From Ophelia neglecta (Eukaryota), in contig OZ260664.1 in NCBI GenBank assembly GCA_965285935.1, positions 41,726,001 through 41,790,000 on the forward strand: DNA of 64,000 nt, given 5' to 3'. This document shows, piece by piece, positions 14,628-26,683 of this stretch. The position numbers were made by a program, and so were the translations under genes. The notes under the pieces are model-generated. The model was not told the DNA's origin. It searched no databases and saw nothing but the letters and a program-made list of their open reading frames with translations. The first letter of the stretch is position 1, and each line of letters begins with the position of its first letter.

Positions 14628-17600
14628 TTGAAGTTGTCTGTACAATTACTAAATCCACATAGACTTCCGAATCGTTCGTTTGATTCTGGACCAAGGCCTA
14701 TGAGTTTATCTAAACGTCAAAGTCACTTACTATATTACTGACTCCGGACAGCCTGGCAATCTATGCATTTCCTTGTACACCTACTATTAGTTTACCCTCC
14801 CTAGGTTAATGATAGACCATATTCCATTTAGCTGGACATTATCTGGAGATCAACTGTCCGCTTCATGCAGTCGGGAGACTGAGGGCTATCAGAGGCGCTC
14901 GAGTTTCTTTGATGTGATTATACTTCTCTATTTGTCTTCACACCTTTACCCCGGTTGAGGTGTTCCTCAACACGCCCCGTTCACTCATCTCAACGTTTGG
15001 ATGTATGCAATGTTTAGATGAGCATGCTCTTGCATGATCATATCCTAACGAAGAGGAAAACCCAATTGAAGAGATCAGGTTTTTAACTCCTCTTAGCGAA
15101 GAATTTCCTCGTGTTATGTAGTTTTAAAATGTGTTCATAAGTGAATAAAATTGAGAAGCCCTAGCTGTGCCTTTATATTAAATACCTGTTCTTTGAAACG
15201 TTCAATGAATTTAGGCCTATACACGAAGTCATATATTTCAAGTGAAGAGAGGTCCGACATGGCTGTAAATAGGCTTTACCTGTCTTGTTTGACCTTGCTG
15301 ACTGTGAATCTTCTGTTTTTAAACTGTATAGACTTATTTAAAGACATAGTATTTATGAAAAGGTAGCTTTCAAAAAGTACTCATGTCATTCGCAGCAGAA
15401 GATGTTTCATATTTAGTGTCGGCGGGGCTTTATATATATGTGTTTGACACGGGTCTCAAAAGGCCATTTAAAAGCCTTGAGACCACCATTTGGTGTCTCG
15501 ACGTGAACTGATGAATGAAGGTGTAACTAGCAACTTGACGTCACTTTCATCTTGCACGACTTCTAAAAAATGCCGAGCAGCGTGAAGTTTGTGTCTTGTT
15601 AGTTAGGCTCCTAAAAAACTGTGTCTGTTGAATGCACCCTTGTAAAACACAGTCAGCGATGGTGAACGGATTCATTTCATTTTCCCACTGCAGGAGAAGT
15701 CATATTTTATCCCTGAAGAGGCTGGGAGAAAGTTCTGATGCTTTTGTTCCACTGCTGGGTCAGGTTATTTAATTGCCGCAAAACCACTAACCCCTGGCCT
15801 TCTCCACTTAATGAAGTTCTGCCGTTATCCCGTCCCATGTATACGTGTCTGACAGCCTACGTCTCCGGCGCCCTGTGCTTTGCTGTCAACTGACAGAGTG
15901 CCTCATCGCTTTCCAATTGCTGCAAAGTCTGCCTTTTTTGAACGGCAAATTAGCGCATAGGTGACAGCCGGTATATTCGTTTGGTCAAAGGACCAAAGCA
16001 ATTGGCCATTAACATGATGCATCGAGTTGTACCTCAATAGCGTAATATTTTAATATCCTTTAATTATGTGTCAAAGGTCAAGTGGGATTTCTTTAGAGAA
16101 ACCAGCCGCACTGTCGGTATACAGAGACTAACAGAGTTGCGACTGCAGGCTTCTAATAATACAACCCAGTCTTCGCTCTTTTAATATGGCACACCATACC
16201 TTTCAAACTGTTACATTTACGGGGACTCGATGTTATGTTTCTTTCTCCGGACTGACTTGTAAACAGGCCCAGATACTATAATGGCGAGTGCGTTTAATAT
16301 TGCAGCGCCTAGACTAATATGCCCGCAAAACTTATACATTCTCGTAGGGCGAAATGTAATGAAAGTTAGAATATTTGAAAATTGACAGACATAGAAGCAC
16401 ATGGGAAAAACCGTACATTAGATGATTCATAAAGCCACCAGTTTGTATTGTTTATTTAGCCTTTATTAATCCCAAGTCCATTTTATAGACTTACATGCTA
16501 AGTGCAAGCCATTAATACAGAACGACTGACAGTACCTGTGCTGCACGTGCTAGCTGTGTGGACCAATATATCCCGAAATGCTTAGGGCATTCATTAATAT
16601 CCGGTGTCCACAAGACCAAAGCAAGCCGGTAACTTGCAAAATAATTTAAGTGGGTTTGAACCTGGTATTTATCTAAAACTCTTTTGAAGGTATTATTGGA
16701 GGGAAATGTCGTTCGTGTTTCTCACAATACTTATAGCTGTCTCCTGTAAACAGGTGCCTTAAAACATGTGCACTCATTACATTTAAGTTTAATACGCATT
16801 TCCTTTTAGCAGACAATATGGAAACTAAGGGATGGAAAAGTGTTTTTACCATTAAAGCCCAGGACATGCCATCCTGCGTCCGCAGAAGCATGCAGGTTAG
16901 ATTTCTAGAGCAAAGAAGATCACAAAGACCGACATTTCATAATCATATTTATTGGAGGTAATATGAAGTCCATAGAAGCCCACTACTAACTAGAGGTTAC
17001 TGAGTGAAATATCAATAATACCATAAACATATGAAATTGGGTTTTCTATTACCTACCCTAGCCATTGTCATCACATTACCATACTTCAGGCGATCGACAA
17101 AGTGGCTTATTTATATGATCACGCTATTCTTGCATCAATATTCAATTGAAAAAGGCGATCACTTTGTTCATAAGAAAGTATAATATTAAAGGTTAGAAAG
17201 CATGCGAGAAGACGCCGCGGTTTACGAGGCATTAATGTTCACACCAGAGCTGTTTGCTCAACTCTTTATCAAATCACAATACGATATCTTTGGCAACAGG
17301 TTATTCATAGTGGTGGATGGTTTAGATATTGTGTGTTTTGCGCGAAGGTGCTCCATTGAAAACAGTTTTTCTCTGAATCATTGTGAGAAACGCTGACTAA
17401 GTACACTTACAACTTGACCGCAACCATGCAATGAATTTTAAAACTACGAATTTCACGGGAAACCTCCAAGGGGCAGGCGGCATTAGATGCCCTCTAGGCC
17501 TGTTGGAAAATTTGAATTCTCACTTAAATACCGTTTTATAGACGCTAAAGCATCACTTAGCCCTAATTGTAATGCCAACATTGCGGTATTATTTCATGGC

Positions 17601-20600
17601 AATTTGACGGTAGATAGGACATGAGAACTCGGGGCTGCCCATTGTGTGCCTTCCCTAGCTTCATCTGTCATTTCTCGAGCTGTTTGACCTCTTCTGCTCT
17701 GTTCCCCTAACATAAAAACATGGAAAATTAAACATTTTGTGTCGCTTCATTGTCTGGAACAATAGCAACTTATACTAATTAGACCTGTTTTCTTAAATTA
17801 ACCACATGTAAATGCCACTAACCAACAAAGCCAGCACTTGGCCTTAGCTGGGATAAAAGAACCCCTGCCTATCAACAGCCCAGCAGGTCTCCGGTTGTGG
17901 CAAAGGTGTTCCCACCAGATCGACAGAGAAGCTCTTAGCAATGACGAGCGATAAATACCAACAGGGTTCAACAAGGCAATGGCAGCCTGATTAGGATGTG
18001 CAGCTATCAAATCCTGAGAGGTGAAATATCCCACACGCTTTTCTTGTATTGAGAGGCCAATTAGCTGGGTTTGGATTGGCCATTGTATGGCCCACGGGGA
18101 AGGTGGGTGGGTTGGTTGAGGGGGGGAGGACACCCCTCACTGTCCTAGACGTCTACCGTACCACTCGACCGGTAAATAAGACGAACATTACTGGGTAATT
18201 ATCTCAATTGCCAGAGGCACGATCCCCGACGAACGCAATTTGTACTGGCACATTTAAAATTCTAAGCGGTTTGGATTGCTCCGATGGGCCCTTTTGTGGC
18301 GGCACGTGAAGCGAAGGAAACTTGGCTATAATTTGATGGTGTGCTTCGGCCTAAGTACCCATCTTTCCCACACTAAATATTAGCCGAAATGTGCATCAAA
18401 GCTATGAGACGCGAGTCTAAAAGGGGACAACTTCGATAAGGTTTTTGTACTTACCATTGGTTCTCTGAACTGTGAACTGCTCTGGAACGATTTTTTTTAT
18501 AATTAGAACAAAAACAAATATGAATAGACTAAGTCTCCCAGAGCCCAAACACCCCGAGCACGACAGGTGTGAACTTTTTTTAAATGTAGAAGTGTATTCT
18601 GTACTGATCACCGCTTTATGAGCTAAATATGCCAACACCTTTTATATTGTGCTGAAATTAAAGCCTCGTGTTCTGGTGAACAATGAACGTGTGACACGAG
18701 GCAGGTTTTTTCCATGGTATATATTAGGCTATTATTTGCATTTCAGTTATTAATCTCCCGATGTTGCAGTTGGAGTTGATACAAGCGTGGGGTGGTACAA
18801 AGGAAGCGGTGGGTGGATTTAGGAAACGGAATGCTTTCCTGTGAGAAACCCGCCGTACAAAGCGATTAGGCATGCTGGGTTTCTGCCCGCGTGTCTTCGA
18901 CGCTATTCTTTTTTCATGTTTTAACTATTTGACACAATCGGACACGCTTGCTATTTTCTAGTTACAAACTGCTTAGCTTTAGAAAACCCGAGCTTGGCAC
19001 CAGGAAGCACGAAGAGGCCACATCAGGGTTTGTACTTGTCACTGTTTACTCTCACAATGTTATATTTCACGTTACACTGTAGCAATATTTAAACCTTTGG
19101 TCCGAAGTATAATATTTGGATTTCTTTAATCAAATACAAGTTGTGGCACGGCTACTATGACCTCTATACCTTTCTGAGCCACATATAACTGTGACCGCTC
19201 AGAGACACGGGTAACTAAAATGACCCTCTTGAGTGAGGATCAAATTGGCCTTCTGGAGACAGGAATTTTTATGTGGGCCTATTGATGTATTTAAATAAAG
19301 ATAATAATAAGTCAATCTTTGCAAAGCAAACCAAATCAAAATCAAGCAAAATTGGACGTGATAGTCTAAATCTATGCTCGTAAGTCAGTAAATGTTCTAC
19401 CATTTTGCTGGAATTGTTCCTTATTTCAAAACAAGAAAAAACCCTATGTTTGAGTGAACTAATTAGGCCTATTTTATTTAAAAAATAATAATTAAAGACG
19501 AAATATATATATCATCAAAACAATAAACACTCAAGATAAAAAGAGGTAAGTTGACAGCGATACAGAAATCTCAGTATCCAATTGACAAAGCAGACGCCAG
19601 GTTATGATCATAAATTTCTGACTATCTAAAAGTAAAGCTCATGGAAGGGAGCTTTTTATCTTGTTAGATGTAGACATATTCCCGGGCCGCAGGTCGGGTG
19701 AGGCGGAACATCCTGTGCGGGGAACGAGTATACAAAGGTCTATAGAGTGTACAGAGACTAAAAAATTATCATAGTTCTGGCACATTTGACTTGTTTGGTC
19801 TGCTCTCGGCACATCTTAAAATGAGACACACACTTATATCGTGGCCTTTTTGAACGATTATCAGACAAACTTGTTACGTAAGGGATAGTCCAATTCAGTT
19901 GCCCCAGGGATGTGAACTATTTCCCAAGGCTGCAGTTCGATGGCACTAGATTACCGCCGCCCCCCCCCCCCAACCTCCCCCTCCCCCTTCCCCTACCCCC
20001 CCCCCCCTCCTTATCTGGCTATATTTCTTGCCCTATATAGCAGCCTTTCCTCATTTGATAGACACGATAGTTTCATCCAAAAACGAAACAGTAGAGTCAG
20101 CACATAAAACGATTGCCCTTCTGCTCAGCCTCCATCTTTCCTCGGGGAGGGGGGGGGGGACCTAACAAATACGTAAATCCCGGCCCTGGATAACCCATCC
20201 AAATCAGAGTATGCCGAATGAGCACCCACCCATGTTAGAATTTGGCAAATTGAACCCATCCATTGAGGATCTGCCGAAAAAGGACACAATGCATGCAAAT
20301 CCCAGAGCTGACAACCCACAGCGGCATGTCCCCGTATACCAGTATAATGGAGCTGACTCCCCCGAGCATCTCACCCTTTTCTTTCTGGCTGCTTCAACCA
20401 AATAAAGTCTGCAGATCGTAAGGTTAGGTCGGTTGGTCTTCGATAAAACAGAGTGATTGTAGCTTGCCTAATGCAATCAGGCAATATGAAAGTTAGTAAA
20501 TATTATAGACTGGTAAATCTATGATTGATTTTCAAGGGGCAGGAGGGGCAAGTCCTCTCCCATGAAGGGGTTTGTAGCTTTGTCCCCGATCACTCTCAGG

Positions 20601-20643
20601 GTGGACATACATGTACCTATTAGACTTGTGGTGAGGAAGGAAA

Positions 20644-20682
20644 AGGGAGGGGGGGGGGGGGTGGGGGGGGGGGGTGGGCGGG
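20644..20682 (+). other. G-run tract (potential G-quadruplex)
   Basis: Near-continuous G runs interrupted by single A, T or C bases; a complementary-type C tract lies at about 19958-20010. Confidence 0.55.
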
Positions 20683-23600
20683 AAAGCGTCATGGCTCCGT
20701 GATAGGTTGGTTTTGTTGTTTTAAGAGACGAACATTAGATCAAAGGCAAAAGTAAAGATCAAGGTATCATTACCTATAGCGATATTGAATTTCAAACCCT
20801 TAACTAGTAACCTTTCAGTCATTTCCTTGTACATTAGATATTGTTTGATTTACATGCATTTTCGAGCTCATTTTTATTATGATCGTATTGCTAGTGATCA
20901 ATAAAGAAAAGTGATGTAATGTTATGTAATGCAGCACTGGGGCATGTCCACGGCGGACGATTTCGATTAAATACCATATTAGTTCCACTTTTAATTCATT
21001 TATATTTTAATGAGTTAAATAATTTTTCATTAAATATTTCTAGGTAGAAACAAATTAAACTATTAAGATAAAGTGTTTTATTCATAAATGAAGGTATAAG
21101 TTGCACATTATTGTTTTTATTTATTTGTTATAAATGTAATAGCGCTAAAGGTACAATATTGCCTTCTCAGCAGATTGTATCATAACAAGACATGCCCTCA
21201 CATCAGGAACGATAGCGGGTCTAAACAGGCAGTCCAGAGATTGTCATCTAGGCCTATACTTGTGTAATAAGAAGACAGGAGTAACTTCATTTTATCTGCC
21301 TCTTCCAACCGGTGAATTGAAACATAATTGTGACAGCACTTTTATTGCATAATTTGTGACAGTCACCTTTTATCGGTGGTTTTTAGCCTATTTGTTTCTT
21401 GGATCAAAAATATCTCGTAAAAAATATATTGCCGTCGTTCAAACATGTAAGGGTTGTTGTCTGAATGGAGTAAGATGACTTGATGGCACCTGCCTGGTAC
21501 AACAGACGTCACGACTCAATCATCGACGTCTCCATTGACACGTACGTGTAATATCGAATTCTATAAGCCCGGTCATCATGCTATATCTTCAGACGACGTT
21601 TGGGCAAAGGCCGTCTGCTCCGAATGGAAGCACATCATGCAATCTGCATTGATGAGGCAAACGTTCTGCAAGCTATCTAATTACCGACAACCCGGCCGCC
21701 CCTTCAAACCAGACCAACCAACAACATTTCAACTCGCCATATTCATTATTTTATGGGAAAGTGTAAAACTCTTCAAGAAGAAATGTGGTTATCGTGCAGC
21801 TAAAAGATATCATTGTTCTCGATACCGGTAGTTATTTATTTCACACGGCTTTAACTTGAACTACAGACTTAGGCCTATAGAGAACAATTAGTATAAGCAT
21901 CGCTCTCAATATTCCCCTTTGTATGGTGGTTGTATGACGGTATTATAAGATTTTTTCTCCTTTTAGCGCGATACGATCTCGTTCACAATAGTACCATGTA
22001 GTGTGCTTGTCCACGTAGCAGGAGCCGAGATATTTGACAAAGTCCATGAGAAGAGGTCAAGTCGTCGGGTCAGGTAATGAAGGATCTCTCAGCCGACTAC
22101 ACCGGTATTAACTCTACACAAGATACTGATAGCCCCAACTACAAGCTCTCTTAAACTTATACATGAGATATGACGTGACAATGTTGTGGTGCGCTCGATA
22201 AAGCCGGCTGTTGAACTATTGTGTGAGCCGGGGAATGAAGAGGGGGGTATTGACCATGTAGTCACGGTGATGTTAAGGAGCTGATAGCCGGACAATAAGG
22301 GTGAGTGCCCTGCCGGAGGGGACAGTGCCCTCTGACCCCTAGGCCTACCACCCTTACCACCACCTCCCACCCCGGGAGCCAGGCGAGAGTCGTCCGACCG
22401 CCTCCCGTCATTGTCCGGCCCGCTTGTCAGCTGGACATGCCTTTCACTCCAGCACAGCACTGGTAGCATCCCGAGTTCAAGGGCTCTTGCCTCTTAACGC
22501 TTCCTTATACAAATCCGCTGAGTCCTTTGACTAACGAATGGCATTAAGTACTTATTCAGCGAGGAAGACGCTCCCTGTCATTATGAAGACGTTAGGTCAT
22601 TAAATCGAGTGATGTTCTCGGTGTCCACTCACCAGACTAAGCATCTGTCAGATTCATCCTCGTCACCTATTAAACGGCTTGGGCTCCAGCAAACACCAGT
22701 TAAATCAAGCCATGTCCGGTACGGTCTGCTGTCTTATGTCATCGGTGATATACCAATGTAATGTAAAGACTCTCTACATCAACTCCTTGATATCTCTTAC
22801 ACAACATTAACCAACTAAATTAAAATTCTCTGACATAATTTATTAATGAAATTTGCCATAGGTCATTGCAGACACCATTCTAAAACTATGTATAGCATTT
22901 TGCCTGGCCTCGTCAATGAGACTAATATGATCTGGAGCTCATGACACGACACAAGTGTCAATTATGTTAAATGCATGCAAAACATTGAATTCTACACCAT
23001 TGGTGAATAAATGTCACCCACTCAATATGTTTCCTAAATATTTAATTTGAAAATTAATTTATTAATTGCTAATGATCACTGCTGGAATCTAAGTAAACAA
23101 GGGACATGCATAAAATTCACTCTGCTGCACGTGCATGCGGCCATTTCTTTCTCACGGCGAAAAACTATCTTTCTATGTTTTAAATTAGCAAGCAAACGTC
23201 AGTAGACCAATATATTTAAAACGCGTGTTTACTCACGGTAACGGGCATTTATTTTGGCATACCTCCTTTTTGAAACCCACATTTAAATATGTCAAACGCA
23301 CTTTGAATTCTCAAACCTTTAACAATATTCGTTTTTTATACCAGGTGGACATATACATTAATAGTCTTGCTGGAAAGGCACATTTTGCACTAATGTCACT
23401 TATGCTAATTTGACAATTAGTGTTTGCTAGTTTGAAAATTTCCGGTAATATTAAATATCCGAAGAATATGTATATGGCATACAATGCTCAAATATTTACG
23501 TATATACTGATGTAGGGGCTGGTTTAATAGGTTTATAGTCCATCTTGAAATTCGCCTGAGAACAACATGGGATGCTGTCAACTTAAAGCCAAATAGTTAC

Positions 23601-26600
23601 TTGCGGAAGTGCAAGTGATTTTTCATTACCAGCAAGTAGAATCTAAATGGTATTAAATGATGAAGTTATGTAGCATTCAAGTGATCCCCACTCGAGATTG
23701 ACTGAATAAACTGGTTAGTCAATAGGTGGGAAAGGTTTCCCACTTGAGATGGGATCAAATCGCTTGTAGAGGGTTTATACACGCTCTGTCTAAATGGTAC
23801 TTGAGTGATAAGATGTGGGTATTTCTTCTCACCACCACTTCTTGCCACAACCAACCCTGCGGCCGAAACAGGCGTGTAAATATGTCCACCTAAACCTTGG
23901 GTATCAGTGAGGATTTGGCAGAATCTGACCTGCCCCTTGTTCTAGATCGTGTTTAACTTTCAATTTAACACAGAGTATCAAGCACTGTAGAGCAGTGTTC
24001 AACAAGAGAAACCACACCAGAAGTATCTCTCCTGTCCGGACACCTTACGTCACTTCTGGAGTGACATTTCCAATAAAGCTGACAACTGCATGGTGTTAGA
24101 ATGCGATTTACGGGACACACCTATAGCCCTACTCAACCCGGTGACAGGATCTTCAACTTAATGAACAAATATAACTAAAAGGTGACCATATATAGGCCTA
24201 TAAGGAGAAATGGAGGATTTTTTATGAAGATCATTTATCGGACAAATGGTGGACTTTTTCATAATACAAAATACTGTAGCATTCCATGAATCAAACGAAA
24301 TGAACTTTCCCTTATGTTATATGTAGTTATCTGCATACTGCTCAGCTCGTTCAGGTAGAATGATATACTGTAATAATGTTTTGAGATGAATGTGATTTCC
24401 AGCTATGAGTAAGTCTTTGTTACTATTTCCCGGGGGTCCCCGCTGATTGTTCGAGGCTGCCCCAAGTTCAGAATGTCACCGCGCATCCACGGTCTTGATG
24501 TAATTGCTCAGCAAATAAGCACTCATGACAGGATGATCTTTTCATTTAGCACATATTGAGACTGCGGACATTTGGCACAAAGAAACGGAAAATATTAGTC
24601 GATTTCAACACCTTGTTGGTCCGTGTTCAAATAATCCTGACAAATATTTGCATTCAACAGGCAATCGCCGGCCTAGGCTTTAAACTGCGGCACGTATGGA
24701 AGTAGGTGAAGAAAAGAATGAAAACCACAATGGAATTAAATAGTTCACTCTCAGCAACTGGCCACCATTGTTCCCCGTTTTATTCAACATTTGATTTAGG
24801 CAGAAAGTGTGCTTTGCCTTGTGTTTTGCCGGTAGAGCCGTGCCTCGTTCAAACACAGCCTGCCGTGTACTGTTGTGTCTGTCGTTTGAAGTTTTCCATG
24901 GCCGGTTCACTTAGGCAGGTGATAGTCTTATGGGCATAGGGGGGGCCAGGGGCCTCCCCCTAACCCTTAACCATATGCTTTTCAAATCTATTTGTTCGTC
25001 CAGATTTATATTGCACACGTGCGCACTTTGCCATGGGGCAGACTGTATTTGGAGGTTTTACATAACTCAATTGCTTACCAGTTGAAAACACCGACATTAA
25101 GTTGAAAAGCGTGATTGCCGATTGAAAGTCGCCTGCCGGGACGCAGGTAAAGAATCTTGGTCGTAATGATACGTTAGCCGCGCAGACGATCTCTAAAAGG
25201 TACAGCACCTCCTCTAAATACAAGCTCGAGTAATTGCCTACAAAATGTAGGCGGAATACTGATTCAACTTCAAAGCGCTACACTCAATTGAAGGAAGTAA
25301 ATCTCATAATTATAGTGTACCTTATGTAGGTTTTTACACCTTTGTAGAGAACAACACACTTCGATTTCAATTTTGAACTCAGATTTGACTGCGACAGTTA
25401 TCGAATAACAGTCAGTTTACTATGTGTACGAATAGAAATATACATGCAGCTGCTTTGCAATCGTACACCTAAGCAATTACAGATTCTTTCTTAAGTATGG
25501 CGAGTTAGGCAATTTAAGAATACCTTCTTCTGATTTTAATACAGACTCAATAAATCTCACGTTGTCTGGCAGTATCCCCCATGCTGAGTTTTACCTGTAT
25601 AATACGTCTCACTGCGACAAAACTATGCAACCTGTCGACCTGGCCGTCCTATATCTAACATATCACATTGGAGTCAACGAAAAAGGTGAAAGGTGGACCA
25701 AAGTGAAATCGTCTGCTGCACATATCGAAGATGATATCTTATTTTGATGCCTATATTTGTATTCTGGTGGTGAGAAAGAGGCGAGACTCACGCTGGTGTG
25801 GTATGGAAAACCAACCAACAGAACAGCCAAGATGAATAGAGACGAAATGAAGATAACTGAAAATGACAACAGATTCCAGATTCGATGCTCATTATTTCTA
25901 CAAAAACCAGCCGGGGGTCTTAAAAAAATACACACGCCAAAGAAGTGTCTTGGCTGTGACATATTCTGAATGCCTGTCCCGCATGCTGCCCGAGGTGTCT
26001 GGGTAGCACCTTGTGAGGCTCGACCTCGGCCACAATCGCCCGGGACAACCGAAGAAAACACTAATATTGTACCTTTGTGAGGCTTTTGTAAGACTCAGCA
26101 AGGAGACAGATCTATTTTGATGAAGGCTGGTAACGAAGTCGCCCGCTAGATTGACGGTGTCAGTTCGAACAAAGCAACATGGCCAGAAAAAGGTGGGCTA
26201 TGTATGCTCAGCGGGCAGAAAGATCGAGATAATGACAAGCGACGAAAAATGTCCTGGAAACAATACGGCTGTGAATGGAGATAGTCGAAATGGCCGCGGT
26301 CCTAGTTTACCACGTATATCGAATTGCAGGCTGCTAAATTGAATCCGTCGAAAGTGACTGGTTAATTTGAAGGAAGCACCTGTCTTCATATGGAGTTGGG
26401 TGGCCATATAATAATAAGTTAATGTTTAAATAGTCTAGTGACTGAGGTCTTTAATATTCTTGTACATTTCAGTCAAGGCTCCTGCTTTGGTGTTTTCCTC
26501 TGCACTAAATTAAATGTAGTCTTATTGCGATGGCTTTCTTGTTTAATAGTCAGGCTAATCGAGTCGAGGATGTTCGACGATTATAGATTACACCTTCTTA

Positions 26601-26633
26601 CCAACTGGGGCATAATTAGAGTGAAATAACCTC

Positions 26634-26635
<2 letters not shown>

Positions 26636-26680
<45 letters not shown>
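26636..26680. repeat. (CT)22 microsatellite
   Basis: Perfect dinucleotide run. Confidence 0.98.

Positions 26681-26683
<3 letters not shown>

Noticed and set aside
22089-22469. 126-aa minus-strand ORF
   Set aside because: Low-complexity product of a GC-rich island with no domain or convincing splice context.
25663-26407. Several overlapping ORFs on both strands
   Set aside because: No recognisable protein motifs; consistent with chance ORFs.
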